64,000 nucleotides of DNA, from positions 60,512,001 to 60,576,000 of the forward strand of contig NC_083283.1 of NCBI RefSeq assembly GCF_963506605.1. The letters run 5' to 3'. The translations under genes and the position numbers were made by a program. Below, one piece after another: positions 24,251 to 36,921 of the stretch. How positions within the stretch are numbered: position 1 is the stretch's first letter; each line of letters begins with the position of its first letter. Source of the stretch: Zootoca vivipara. Lineage: Eukaryota. Under the pieces are notes generated by a model. The model saw only the letters and a list, made by a program, of their open reading frames with translations. It was not told the origin of the DNA and made no database searches.

Positions 24251-26284
24251 ATTTTAAACCATAGTTAAGCTAAACTATGGTTTCAATGTGAATGGACAAC
24301 CTGCTGGGGTGCAGGCTGAAATTGTGCTGCTTCATTCCTCTCCTGTTCATGTTGGGAGCTATGCTATGATCTGTACTTGGGTTATGTTCTTTTGGTTTGC
24401 TTTCCCCAAACAAACCTTGGAGTGGGGCAAGAACAAAGTGCCTGCAATTTCAGCCGTGTGCAACAGCATGCTGCATGTTCACATTTAAACCATAGTTTAG
24501 TTTAACTACAGCTCGCAACAAGAAAACTAGGCCACTAAATAGAATCAACAAAATAAAACTGGCCAAAGTGGACAGATGTAAATGGATAAGGAAGGTGAAA
24601 GGGCCTTGCAAAATGTCATTTAAAGATCCAAAGCAGAGTTCTTAAGCTGGAAAATAATTACTATTGTAGCAATGTAGATTCCAAAAGAGGAAAGTATCTT
24701 GGGTTCAGGGCAACACTTGCATATTTGTATAAGCACTACTCAGAACCAAAGGCTAAACATTCATATGGTTAAGAGGCATCATAATTTTCAAAACATCCTG
24801 TATGCCTAAGGCTGGGGTGCAGGCTGAAGGCTATGTTCTAATAAGAATGACTGAGCTCTGAGAAACTGGAAATCTTCCAGGGACAAGATGGCTGATTATT
24901 TTATTAGCAGAAAGATTAACATGTCCAGGCCAGAGATTAGAGATTATTCGCAAAAAGGAATATAACTCAAGACAGTTGTTCAAGAGGGTGGGGCATTATG
25001 GAACATGATAACTGGGAAAAAAAGTCAAGAAAATGAGATGGAGATCTAGAAGAACATGGGAACAAAAAAAAATCAAACACAATGCAAGGATTTCCAGTAT
25101 TCAGGGACTTAAAAGTACTGCAGTATTTCAATCTATAGTTAGGGAAATACAAGGAAGATAGGCATCAGATGTCAGCCTACAATTCTGGATGCTTTCCTGA
25201 CATATTTCATCTCCTCCCTGTTTGATCAAACCGTCATGTTCCCACATCCCACCCAGGAAAACAGCTTTTCAAGAGATTCCAAACACCATTTCAGTCACTG
25301 GCGGGGTTATTGCAAGATAGCTCGGGAGACATCAGGGAGCATTTTAGCCTCCCTTCTGAACACCGCCCTGGTATCTGTGTTGATGAAGAACAGGTAATAA
25401 ATATTTTTGCATAAATGAAATAAATAAGGAAGAGAAGGCAGAACTATGTGAGATAGCATTGAGGGACTCTGCAGGAAATGGATGGAATGAATGACTTCAC
25501 ACCAGAAGAAGCAAGAAAAAGAAGCACAAGCTCACCTGTAGGCTGGCATTGTCTAAACTGATTAAGAAAAGCACAACCAGATTAAAACTAAGTAGGTTTC
25601 AATATGTTGATTATTATTATTATTTACAACCTGTTTTTAATGTCCTTTTCCCTCCCCCAAGGGCCCAGTGCAGCTATCACAATGTGTGCAGGGCTGTATA
25701 AACACAATAAATTTAAAGCATGCCCCCTAGGAACTGTAGTTTACTCTTAACAGAGCTACAGTTTCCAGGACTCTTAACAAACTACAGTTCCCAGGAGGGG
25801 TCGTGCTTTAAATATATGGAGTGTATGCAGCCCAAGTTTTTCCAAGTCCTCAACACACTGCTCTCTTTGTCCATCATATTGTATGAGTACTGAAAGCGGA
25901 CGTAGTTGCAGCTTTCAAGAGCAACAGCCTCCCTAAAATATAGTACAAATCCCTCAATGACACTATTGTCACAAAGACCATTGTTACTGTTCTGTTGTCA
26001 ACTGTTACAGCCGTAAACAGAAGGAAAATTGTGCTACACCAGTTAATGCTGAACCAAAAGGCTAAAGTTTTGATGAAACAAATTCACACCGCTCAGAACA
26101 ATGCATACAGAAATAGTGTTGTAGGCGGTGGTTATAATTGGAATGCTGCACAATAAGTGGATGTAATGAAAAGACTCAAGGAGCTATAAGAATGGTCACT
26201 GAAAAATTAATTCCTGTGTGCTGGATGTATTGGAAGGTAGCTTAAAGTCAGAAATGACTAAACAAGGAACATCTGTTTCTATAG

Positions 26285-26421
26285 TAATGTTTCCCCAACT
26301 TGGGTCTCCAGATGTTTTTGAACTACAATTACCATCATCCCTGACCACTGGTCCTTCTAGCTTGGGATGATGGGAGCTGTAGTCCAAAAAACAGCTGGAG
26401 ACGCAAGTTGGGGAAACCCTG
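26285..26421. mobile_element. hAT MITE
   Basis: TIRs gtttccccaactt / aagttggggaaac, with TSD ttctatag / ttctacag (26277-26284, 26422-26429). Confidence 0.85.
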
Positions 26422-26960
26422 TTCTACAGCAATGCATAAAGCAGATTTTGTTATGCGTTATGGGTGGAAAGAGGCTTCCACTTTAAAGAAAGCCAACAGA
26501 ATTATCAACTCCATCTGACCAAATCCTCTAAACATCCCTGAGATTTATTGATGCTCTGCATATCTGGGAACATGGACAAGATACAGAAAATCTGAATATC
26601 ATGCAGTTCCTACACCTGGAGTGGTGGGAGGATTCTTATCACGTCCCCCTTCAGATAATGCATAATGGCAAATTGGGGAAAAGGAGATGATATGAAGTTA
26701 GCAAGAAAGAAAATAGTTTTGTTTTGACTTGACTGAGAGCTGCCCAAGAGTAGGAGGATTTAGGAGAGAAAGCTGCAGTAGTCAACAAGATGACTTGAGA
26801 GCTTTGATTTGTGTTTTGGCATGTCAAAACAGCAGTACAGCAACAAACATAATATCGATAGAAAGCAATTTTTAGATTCCTCATAGTTCAAAATGGGATT
26901 TACCTATGCCTGTGAAACAGTAAGCTAACAGTAAATAGCTAGGAATAGTTTCTACTCTAC

Positions 26961-27102
26961 CAGACATCTGAAGGCAGCCCTGTTTAGGGAAGCTTTTAAT
27001 GTTTAATAGATCATTGTATTTTAATGTCTTGTTGGAAGCCGCCCAGAGTGGCTGGGGAAACCCAGCCAGATGGGCGGGGTATACATTATTATTATTATTA
27101 TT
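26961..27102 (+). mobile_element. L2 LINE 3' end with (ATT)n tail
   Basis: gccgcccagagtggctggggaaacccagccagatgggcggggtata followed by (att)n. Homologous to 34000-34135 on the minus strand. Confidence 0.8.
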
Positions 27103-27569
27103 GATAAATAAATTCATTTTCTAAAAAGTAAAATTGCAAGTATTTACAAAATGTTGTCTTGCCCCTAGAACGTAGTAAAGATGGATATACAGTAAACCTT
27201 AATGATAACAGAGCAGGGAGGTTCTGTTATTTGAAAAGTGGCTGGAAAACATCATTCTGGGAGAAGTGTGAAATAAGGGCATCTCCTTAAATTACCTAGC
27301 CTGCCTCTTGGTTTCTACATGCTGAACAGCCAAAAGAGTCAAGAGCAATCAAGGTAGCTGCTTTCCTTTCTCTCTGCCTCCCTCCTGACCTCTGTGCCAT
27401 CAGATCCCTCTGAAACATTATCAGCACCTGTAACTTTAAGCATCATACCTGACACAACCAGAAACATAAGACTCATTCTGAAGAAATACAGATAGCACCA
27501 ACACCATCAAGTGTGCATGAGATCATCTAACATCCTTACCCACTGCACACAAGAGTTTGCAGTCAGATA

Positions 27570-27812
27570 CAGTGGTACCTCTACTTACGAATAACTCTAC
27601 TTATGAATGTTTCTACTTACGAATGGAGCTCCGTCCGCCATCTTGGATGTGGTTTAGATAGCATTTTTTCTACTTACGAATTTTTAGATATGGTTGCTTC
27701 GACTTACGAATTTTTTCTCCGAATGCATTCCTATGGGATTCGACTTACAATTTTTTTCGACTTACGAATGTGCGTTCGGAACGCATTAAATTCGTAAGTA
27801 GAGGTACCACTG
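27570..27812 (-). mobile_element. Tc1/mariner (Tigger-like) MITE
   Basis: Perfect TIRs cagtggtacctctacttacgaat / attcgtaagtagaggtaccactg, with TA TSD. Confidence 0.9.
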
Positions 27813-28360
27813 TATTATAAACGCTGTAAACAGACCTCAAATGGATGTGAGCAAGCATGTTACTTTCAACAGAATAGTATTTCTCCTGTGAGGTCTTCAT
27901 GGACTTACACATCAGTGCCATTGAGCTTGTTTGGATAGGGACTCCTAACAGCAAGCAGAGGATTGAGTTGGGATGGCAGGCTACCTACCTGCCTAAAGAT
28001 TTTATTGCCATAGCCTTATTAAACTCCCTGGAGCAAACACTACTATAGGGATGGATGACAATAAGTTTCACTAGAATATCAAACTGATTGGCACCCTTTC
28101 CCCCCTCAGATGAACACAATGTTTACAATCAGAAGCAGATCAGAGTACATTTGAGCTATTATGAGGCAAAGCTTTTTCAAAGGCTGCAATCCTATGCATT
28201 ACCTTCTTGGGATCACTTCTGCATAAATGGGACTTACTTCTGAGTAAAATGGCAAAGGACTGGACTTTAAGGGTGCTTTCCCAATAGCTATACCACAGGT
28301 AAAATCAACAAGTGATTCTAAAGAATTAAACAGCTAGTTATGCAGTCATATTTATGGTAC

Positions 28361-28762
28361 TGTTGTGAGTTTTGGTATGGTGTCGAGCTGTATGCCAGAC
28401 CCCTCTAATCCCTGGATCCAGCAAGCGTTAAAAGCTCACCAAGCTTTCTACTCATGGGAATAGCCAAACTAGCCCCTCTCTCAACAGGCAAGGGCAGAGT
28501 CAGAGTGATAAGAGCTAGAGAAGCAAAGTAGCAAGCTGGGATAAGACAGAGTTACAGAGTTACAGAGCAATGTTTGATGTCTGTTTCAATCCGAGGCTGC
28601 AGCAATGGGAGAAACAAGACCCTATTGGGGTGAATAAACCATATATCACAAAGATACCACAGTCTCCACTGTCCCTCATTCCAAAAGGACAAACGAGTCC
28701 TGGGAAAGCAACTGGAACCCCTGGGATCCAACACTGCTCAGAGATCGGGGTGGAGTGCAACA
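28361..28762 (+). mobile_element. Solo LTR (402 bp), probably Gypsy/ERV
   Basis: TGTTG...CAACA termini, internal AATAAA (~28633), and flanks gtac/gtat (3/4 TSD). A related inverted copy lies at 42851-43634. Confidence 0.7.
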
Positions 28763-30529
28763 GTATTAATCTTAATTAATCTTAATTCTTCATCTTGATT
28801 TTCATGGAAAGACTTCACAGATCAATATTAAGAACATCCTGCCTTCTAGGAGATTTTCAAAATTTCACAAGAGAAGAATCACAGGAATGCTGAAGGAACC
28901 CCCCAATTACCAGGTTCGGGTGTTCCATTGCGAATTATAAGATAATACAAAGCCATTGTAAGATTAGCTTTGCAATAGGTTTTTTTTTTCCTCCAAAGCA
29001 GGAATGTTTATTGCTTTCCCAACATTACATTTTTATGCACCATAAAGCAAAGGTGTGATTTCCAAAGGTAGATCAGTGGAATGTAATCAAATACACATCC
29101 CTTTTTTAAGCAACTACTGAACCATTAATATTCAGCCAAAACTAAGACTTGGAGCTTGAAAACATATTCCCCTGATGTCCATGGGACTTCTTGCCAGGTG
29201 AAGTTTACTTAAGAGTAGTGTTTCTTTTATTGCTTTCTGGAGTGAATGTGAAACTGGTTTCTTTTCCTGGTTAGCTATCTACTTCATGTATGGGATGAAA
29301 AGTTGCTATGAGGATTTTAAGTTCCTTTCTATCAGCCTCCATTATATCTTGGGTAAGAAGGAAAGTGTGTGTTTACCTCCTCACTCATGCCTCATGCCCC
29401 AAACATTTACAGTAACAGCTTACTGATTGGGGTAAAACAGCCATATAAGCAGTGTGATACCCTTCCTTTTTCTACTGTTTTGCTTTCCTTCATTTCTACC
29501 TGGGAGGAAAACAAAGATATGCAAAATACAACTCAAATGTGTTAGGTCTTAGGCCATATGACTGGTAAAGCTCAAAACAACTGAGAACTTCTGCTCCGTA
29601 CTGGAAGCACAGGACACAAACCAGAAACCAGCAAACAAGGCATTCTGAGTTATTATTCACTTGGTGTTAAATACTTATGATTTTGGCAGAGATCTATTAG
29701 TCCCTTGAACCCTGATGTACAGCATGCCTACAGAGCTATGCCTATTTAAAGGCAAGCAGCAGCTGTCTGTGGCTCTTAATCAAGAATAATGCCTGAGAAT
29801 AAATCACTGCCTTTTCAGAGACTGCGTTTTTCAAATAATTGCAATTCCTGCTCTTTCTGCCCCATCCCTAAAAATACGAGGTGGTTCACAGAAGAGAGTT
29901 GCTTACAAGAACAGAGACATATGGATGGATGCCCTGCCTCTCTCAGCAGTCTGCAGTTTCTGTTTTTTTTAAAGGCACGAAGTGAGCCTGTAAACAGATG
30001 CAAACAAGTTTAGAAGCAGACTAATTCAAAATTTCAAACTGTGTCAAAACTTTCCATTCATTCTGCCATGGTAAAAAGCAGACAGTTCTCCCAAGAGACC
30101 CACAACATGCCATTCTCAAGGTCCATGGCAGGAGTATTTCCTGCATTCAAAACGCCTTGCAAAATGTGAATTAACACTTTTTTATGACACTGCATAGAGA
30201 TTTTTGCCATACTCTATTGGGACTCTATGGCTGCCATGCTGTACAAGTGAAATGGTGTGTATAGAAAAAATGTGTGCATGGGTCTCTGCCATTTAGTACA
30301 GGAATCAAACATGACACTGTCTATACAGCACATGGAGTTGCTCAGTGACTGGGCCTGACAATTATCAGGGACTATCTATCTACATTAAAGCATGAATCAG
30401 TGTTATGCCAGTTTCCCCAAGTAAGTATGGAAGTTCTAGATCTAAAACTATAATTTACAGAGAAGTAATTCCCCGGGGAAATGGAATAATGGTTAAAACA
30501 GTTTAAGTCCACTGTATAAATTGAAGAAC

Positions 30530-31325
30530 CAGTGTTTGGGATGAACTAAATCAGTTTAGTGAAGTTCACTGAACTAGTTCAGAAATCTCTGAAGTAACTG
30601 CCATAATTGCCAGGTGAACTAAAGAGGAATTAAGTTTATTTTGGGGTAGAACTCCCTCCCAATCCCCACCAAGCAAGCGGCCTGGACTCTTAGCTTTCAT
30701 AAAATAAACGAAGTCAATCAGAAAGGAAGGAAGAAGAAAGTTAGAAAGCAAAACTAGAGGCAATATTCTAAGGCTTATTTGGCAGATGGGGGCTGCTACT
30801 AAGGACGCTCAGTTACCATTGCTAAGCAATCCAAAGAAAGGAATGTGAGGCATTTCCTTATCTGCCCTGCTGAAGAGATGCCCTCTCTTCCAATAGGAGC
30901 AGCTTGCAGTGAGAAGTACAGGGACCAGGAACAAAGCAGACAATACCTTGTGCCTTTAACAGCTGTGTGGTTGGCACACAACTGTACAGGGTAAGAATTT
31001 TCTAGCATGGAAATACAATTATTGGGAAAGCTTCAAAGGCTGACATACACCTGTAATACTTCTTATTAGTTACCCATAACCCCTGATTTAACTTTTGGAC
31101 CATGTACTTCAGTATAGCAGCTTATAACATTTTGGATACTGAAAATATTTTGCAAACAGTGAACTTTACTTTTTATGAACTACGAACTTATTATGATTGA
31201 ACCTGAGCTGAACTAGTTTGTTTTGTTAAAGGATGAGCAGGAATGGCAACTAATTCCTTTTTTAAAAGGATTAACTTGAACCAGAATTAGTTCATTTTTA
31301 AAAATGAAATTGTAAGTGTCCACTG
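30530..31325. mobile_element. Old non-autonomous DNA transposon with (gaactagttc)-rich subterminal repeats
   Basis: cagtg...cactg ends, with repeated gaacta/agttca motifs at both ends. No clean TSD. Confidence 0.45.
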
Positions 31326-31394
31326 TTTTATTGCAAAGGAGGATGATAAGGAGAGAATCAGAAAAGGTGCCCCCCCCAACTGACAGTACGGACC

Positions 31395-31535
31395 CAGGGC
31401 TGTCTCAAGCAGGTCGGGCGCCGTGGCACGAAGATCGCTCCGGTGCCCCCGCCCTGGTGGGTGGGCGCAGCACCCGCCTGCTGGCCCGGCGCCCTGGCAC
31501 CCCGCGCCACCGAGACTACCCCTAGAACCGGACCC
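31395..31535. mobile_element. GC-rich MITE-like insert
   Basis: CpG-rich patch in AT-rich DNA, with imperfect TIR-like ends cagggctgtctcaag / ctagaaccggaccc. Confidence 0.55.
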
Positions 31536-32604
31536 AAACCAAAGTAGGGCACTTTCCAAATTTGTTAAGTGCTAAGGATTCGTATAGCTGCAATGCTTAA
31601 GTGTCCAGAGTATCTTTGCAAAGGAGACGAATGGGAAGAAAACCAGAACAACTAGTCATGAGCCATGACCTCATTGGCCATGTCCCCATGACTCTCTAGC
31701 AGCCCTGCCAGGTGCAGTGGACACCAACCATCCGAGCTAATACCTAGACATATCTTGCATGTATAAAAGGAAGCATAACACCATGTGCATTATTTTTCTA
31801 AATAAAATTGTGTTCTTCCTTAGCAGATGGTTAGGATCTCACAATGCTAAATTTGTAGCCAAATATATTTGCTACCATCCAAAAGAGAAAAAATGGAGGG
31901 TGTAAGTTAGAGGGGGAAGAGATGCTGCTTTGTAAACAAATAATTTCTAGATGGATACAAGGATCTGGTTCCAAGCAGTGTTTTAAAATGAGATTTGGCT
32001 CTGATTGTGTCTGGTGGTGAAATGATGTAATTATAGGTAAGAGGCAGAAATGCTTCAGAAGAAAATGAAATTGATTGCATTCACCCCAGCAATGAAAATA
32101 TCAGTCCAACCCTTAGCTATGGAACCCCCATTTCATTGTCATGAATTCCAGATTTGTTAGCAGCATTAACCAGTTAACAAGTATAATATGAACACATATT
32201 TCTAAGTTAAGAACTCAGATGCTGTATGAACTTTTGCCCATAGTTGCTGTTGTTTTAAAATCACTAAGCTGTAAAATTTTAACAGATAAGGGTTTATATA
32301 GCAATGGTAAAATTTACAGCTTGATAACCATGATGCTGAAAAATACTATCACTCTAAGAAAAAGAAGTCTAGCATTGCTCTGCCTCATAGACATTCTCTA
32401 AAGAAAAAAGACCATCACCACCACCTTAGGTGAGACACATATCCTGATATCATGCATGTTTACTTAGAAGTTACATTTCAATATCTGCCTTCAATAACAT
32501 AAGTGTGCACAGGACTGCAGCCTTATGCCTGTGTGTGTGTGTGTGAAGTTAGTGTTATTAGTCTCTGGAAGTAGAGCTTGAGAGTCAGAGGTGAAATTTA
32601 TATA

Positions 32605-32774
32605 CAGGCAGTGACCATTTTGCATCAGGGTTCTGTTCCCACCCCCTGCCCCACATTGGTTGGCAGAGCTCATGTAAGTGTGCCCCGCCCTCCTATGCCC
32701 CGCCTCTGTTCTGCCCTCTTCTGGGTCTAAAAGGACTCATGCACTGGCGAACATGTGTCATTTGGATGTGCCTG
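32605..32774. mobile_element. TA-flanked MITE; a second partial copy is at ~45955-46120
   Basis: ta|caggca...tgcctg|ta. Shares 'gtgaccattttgca..gggttct' and 'ttctgggtc.aaaa.gac' with 45960-46100. Confidence 0.65.
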
Positions 32775-33135
32775 TAATGGTTGCCGCCTGTAAAATAATT
32801 TTAACGGCTAAGACAAACAAAAACCTTGTTCATATATGGCACTTTCTGGTATCACATTTTTACTGCTGAAATACATCTGCTGTATTATTCATATTACATC
32901 TGAACAAAATTTCAGTTCTTTGAGGAATCATAAACTGGCAGGTGTACCAAGACATAGAACACTTCTAGCTATCTGTTTTGTGAATCTTCGTACAGTTCAT
33001 ATCTAAGAGATCAAGCTGGTTATTCATGTGTGGGAGAAATGTCCTCCAAGGAAAAGGGTTACAATGCTTGTGGAGGACTGAAAGGAAACCATGTCCCATA
33101 TGAAAAATAGGGAACACCACAGACTATTACATAAT

Positions 33136-33502
33136 TAAAGGTAAAGGTAAGGGTACCCCTGATTGTTAGGTCCAGTCACGGATGACTCTGGGGTTGTGTG
33201 CTCATCTTGCTCTATAGGCTGAGGGAGCCGGCGTTCGTCCACAGACAGCTTCCGGGTCATGTGGCCAGCATGACTAAGCCGCTTCTGGTGAACCAGAGCA
33301 GTGCACGGAAATGCCATTTACCTTCCTGCTGAAGCGGTACCTATTTATCTACTTGCACTTTGACGTGCTTTCGAACTGCTAGGTGGGCAGGAGCAGGGAC
33401 CGAGCAACGGGAGCTCACCCCATTGCGGGGATTTGAACCACCGACCTTCCAATCAGCAAGCCCTAGGCTCAGTGGTTTAGACCACAGCGCCACCCGCGAC
33501 CC
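33136..33502 (-). mobile_element. Sauria SINE, full length
   Basis: (AAAGGT)n at the left end and the head at the right end. TSD ctattacataat / ccattacatcat (10/12 match). Confidence 0.92.
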
Positions 33503-33996
33503 TCCATTACATCATCACGTTAAATAATTATGGCTTCAAGTGGTAATGAAGTGCATGGTGCTCTCTAAATAACTGAAAGGCATCACCAAATAAGTCTTTT
33601 GGGTGTCAGTAAAGCTATCCTCTTTTTATTATAATTACTCAATGCCAAAAATATTTACAGAGGAAGAATTCAGTAATGATTATTGCATAGCTTACTCACA
33701 ACATTCACTGTCGTCACTTGGGAGTCCCAGATTATCCTTCACCTTGAAGAATTTGCAGACATTGCTGGATTGCTCACAGGCCCTCAGTGGTGCTCTCTTT
33801 CAAATAAAATAGAATATTTTTTGAGTAAAAAAATCTGTATGCTGTACTTACTTGACAAATTGTCAATAGGTTTCTATAAGCTTAAAGGACCAAATAAAAT
33901 TCAGACTGGGGATCTCACTCCTGGCTCCCAAGCTTAATGATTGGCTGTGCTTGCAGTATAGATTTCCATGCCACCACAATTGAGATGAGACTTGCT

Positions 33997-33999
<3 letters not shown>

Positions 34000-34045
<46 letters not shown>

Positions 34046-34135
34046 TTTTTATTTGTACCCCGCCCATCTGGCTGAGTCTCCCCGGCCACTCTGGGCGGCT
34101 CCCAATCGAATATCAAAACAATACAGCAATAGCAC
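34000..34135 (-). mobile_element. L2 3' end with expanded (AAT)n tail
   Basis: (aat)n followed by taccccgcccatctggctg...ccactctgggcggct. Confidence 0.8.
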
Positions 34136-34838
34136 AATTACAAAAGTCACAAACAATACATAAACCACATCAAAAAATACACAACCGAATGTAAAACAAT
34201 TTCCCATAAATCAAAATCTAAAACTAAGAATACAGCCTTAATAAAATGACATAGGTAAACACATAAACACATGGGGCTCCACCAAAGCAAAGTAATCCGC
34301 AAAGGTAGGGTTTTATATTGTCACGATATCGGCATTGGATCTGTGCTTCATTTAGTACACAGGGGTGAAGGGGCCACCCACACATAAACATGTGCATGGT
34401 CAGAGCTGTTATTTGGAATACCTGTACGTCATAAGTCTGCATGGTACCGTACAATTTGAAGCAATAAGTGCACTGTACAATTCTGCAATGCTGTGAAAAT
34501 TTCCAGTTGGCTATCATCCAGACCCACCCACTAAGAAAAACACTTGCAGTATAAAGTGCAACAGCAGTTAAAGAGCATTCAGTATGTTCACAGATTCCCA
34601 GCTTCAATACCGAATGAGGAAGATTGTTATATTTTGCTTGAACCATGACCATAGTTTGTTTTTCCATATTTGTTATACTACCTCCCATATATCTGAGACA
34701 CATAATCTGTGGTTCGGGAATATCTGCTAGTGGATGTAAGGAACACGACAAACATGCAACTTCTAAGTGCCAAATGGTCATTGGGCCAAATTACTTCTCC
34801 CACCACCATGTGTACATTATGTGCAGGTACATGACTGA

Positions 34839-34968
34839 CAGTGTTCTCGAAGCCACCAACATGAGTCTGACCAAACAGCAGGAGGCAGTGGAAAACAGGA
34901 ATGCCTGGCGTGCTCTGGTCCATGGGGTCATGAAGAGTCGAACACGACTAAACGACTAAACAACAACA
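34839..34968 (+). mobile_element. Short BovB 3' end (~130 bp)
   Basis: Encodes SVLEATNMSLTK...HGVMKSRTRLND with a (CAA)n tail. Perfect 10-bp TSD acatgactga at 34829-34838 and 34969-34978. Confidence 0.92.
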
Positions 34969-35269
34969 ACATGACTGAAGTGTGGAGAAAAGTATAAATA
35001 CAAAACAGTTTGTTCACTAATATCTTGGAACAGGTGATGTGAGTTTATGGCTAACGAAACAGCAAAATCTGCAGTTAAAAAGTGACTCCTTCACCTAACT
35101 TTGTGTCAGAATGTAAGAACCTAGGAAGTCATGTTATACTCTCAGATCATTGGTTCCACTGCAGTGCACTACAGAATATTCCACAGGTACACTGCACAGA
35201 AGGATGGCCACAGTACAAAAGGTATCAAAGTGACTTACAATTATGAAAGCATACCTAATACAAACCTTT

Positions 35270-35272
<3 letters not shown>

Positions 35273-35319
<47 letters not shown>
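35273..35319. repeat. (AC)n microsatellite
   Basis: Seen directly. Confidence 0.95.
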
Positions 35320-35321
<2 letters not shown>

Positions 35322-36742
35322 TATCCTTCAATAACACCTGAAAGCAAAATGTTTGCAAAGGAAGTGGTATGTGTGGCAAGAGAACTTGCTGGCAGACCAC
35401 TTCTCATATTGGCCCAATCGGTAAACTAACTGATGAACAGGATTGGGCCTTATGTATTTCCTCTACTGCAAGAAAGCTAACTACTACAACTACAAAATTG
35501 AATCAGAGTTCTGGGGGGTCTGTATCTTTATCATTTCTTTATTTTAGCAAAAACAAGTTTTTCAACAGTAATAAAATTTGATGGAACATACCATGCTTCA
35601 AATTATAATATGAGAGACCAATGTATTAACAGTTGGAAATGATGTACCAGCAGCACTATAGCATTTTTCCTTTGCAAGCAAAATTATTTTGCTATGAGGA
35701 GAAGGGAGCTCCTAAGCCTGATCTGAAAGCCAGACAGCTGTGCCTAACAATGCTCCGCTCTCTAGGTATTTGCACAATACCTCCCTCTTTCAGTCCTGTG
35801 GGGTGCTCTGTAATTTGGTTGTTCTAATTCGCAGTTCAGGTAGCACTAATAAAAATGCCATTACAAATGCCAGCAACCATGTTCCCATTTAATTTTTCAT
35901 ATTATCTCATCACTAATCCTTCATTCGCTTGTATACACTAGTTCACTTACTCTTCTCTGTTGCATGGAATAAGCCTTAAACAGGTTGACTCATGTTCCAG
36001 TGACACCAGGCAGAGATGAAACAAGGCTTTTTTCAAGTGCATGCCATTCACATTATTTAATGTGCATATTATGCATCATTTTCAACATGTTTCTAGCGTT
36101 CGAAGTAGTGAATTTGTTATCCTACCCTTTAGCAGTAATACCACTACCACAGTTGGTATTTAATAGAGTAAGACCCACTGAAATTAATGGACATGCAGGT
36201 TACTGCTATTGGAACACTCATTATCCGAAATTTCAGTTATCCAAGCACAAAGAATTATAATCAGGCAGCATGAGAGATCAGACAGGGAGTCGTTTTTCCT
36301 CTCTTTGTCTTTTGCTGGTTGGCTGCAGCAGTTTGGGGCAGAAACCAGGGAAAGAGAGAGATCGGACAAATCACACATTAGAAATAGTCCCATAAAAAAT
36401 AATGGAAACCATCAGCTTGTTATGTGAACGGTCACCTAATGAATGATTTCCTGGGAATGCACTGTGTTTAGATAGCGGAACCTGCATGTAGTAATTTAGT
36501 GTCATTAATTCCAATGGGCCTACTCCAAGTAGGACTTAGTTGACTACAACCAAATACATTTGTAGATCATTTGTTTCTATTCCAAGTATGAAACACACAT
36601 TGCTCAACATTAATGCATAAGCTGCACTAAATTTAATTTAAAATCTCAGGGTTCGCTCCACACCCCACTGCTGAAAGCCAAAGAGACACAGGGGCCACAA
36701 TCCAACAAAGAGTTAACTGAAGCTCATTCATTGGGTTCAACT

Positions 36743-36921
36743 TTGGACTACTGCAATGTGCTCTACGTGGGGCTACCTTTGAAGGTGACCCGGAAACTGC
36801 AATTAATCCAGAATGCGGCAGCCAGACTGGTGACTGGGAGGGGCCGTTGGGACCACATAACACCGGTCCTGAGAGATCTACATTGGCTCCCAGTACATTT
36901 CCGAGCACAATTCAAAGTGTT
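36743..36921 (+). mobile_element. Internal L2 ORF2 fragment lacking the 3' end
   Basis: LDYCNVLYVGLPLKVTRKLQLIQNAAARLVTG...DHITPVLRDLHWLPVHFRAQFKVL is the canonical L2 post-RT motif. Confidence 0.9.

Noticed and set aside
31395-31535. CpG-island promoter (also 60170-60560 and 62773-63132)
   Set aside because: Each is short, sharply bounded and has transposon or LTR-like termini.
34224-34781. 185-aa minus-strand ORF (also 48508-48996, 51864-52322 and 21210-21668)
   Set aside because: No domain similarity that I recognise, and several overlap MITEs or old repeats.
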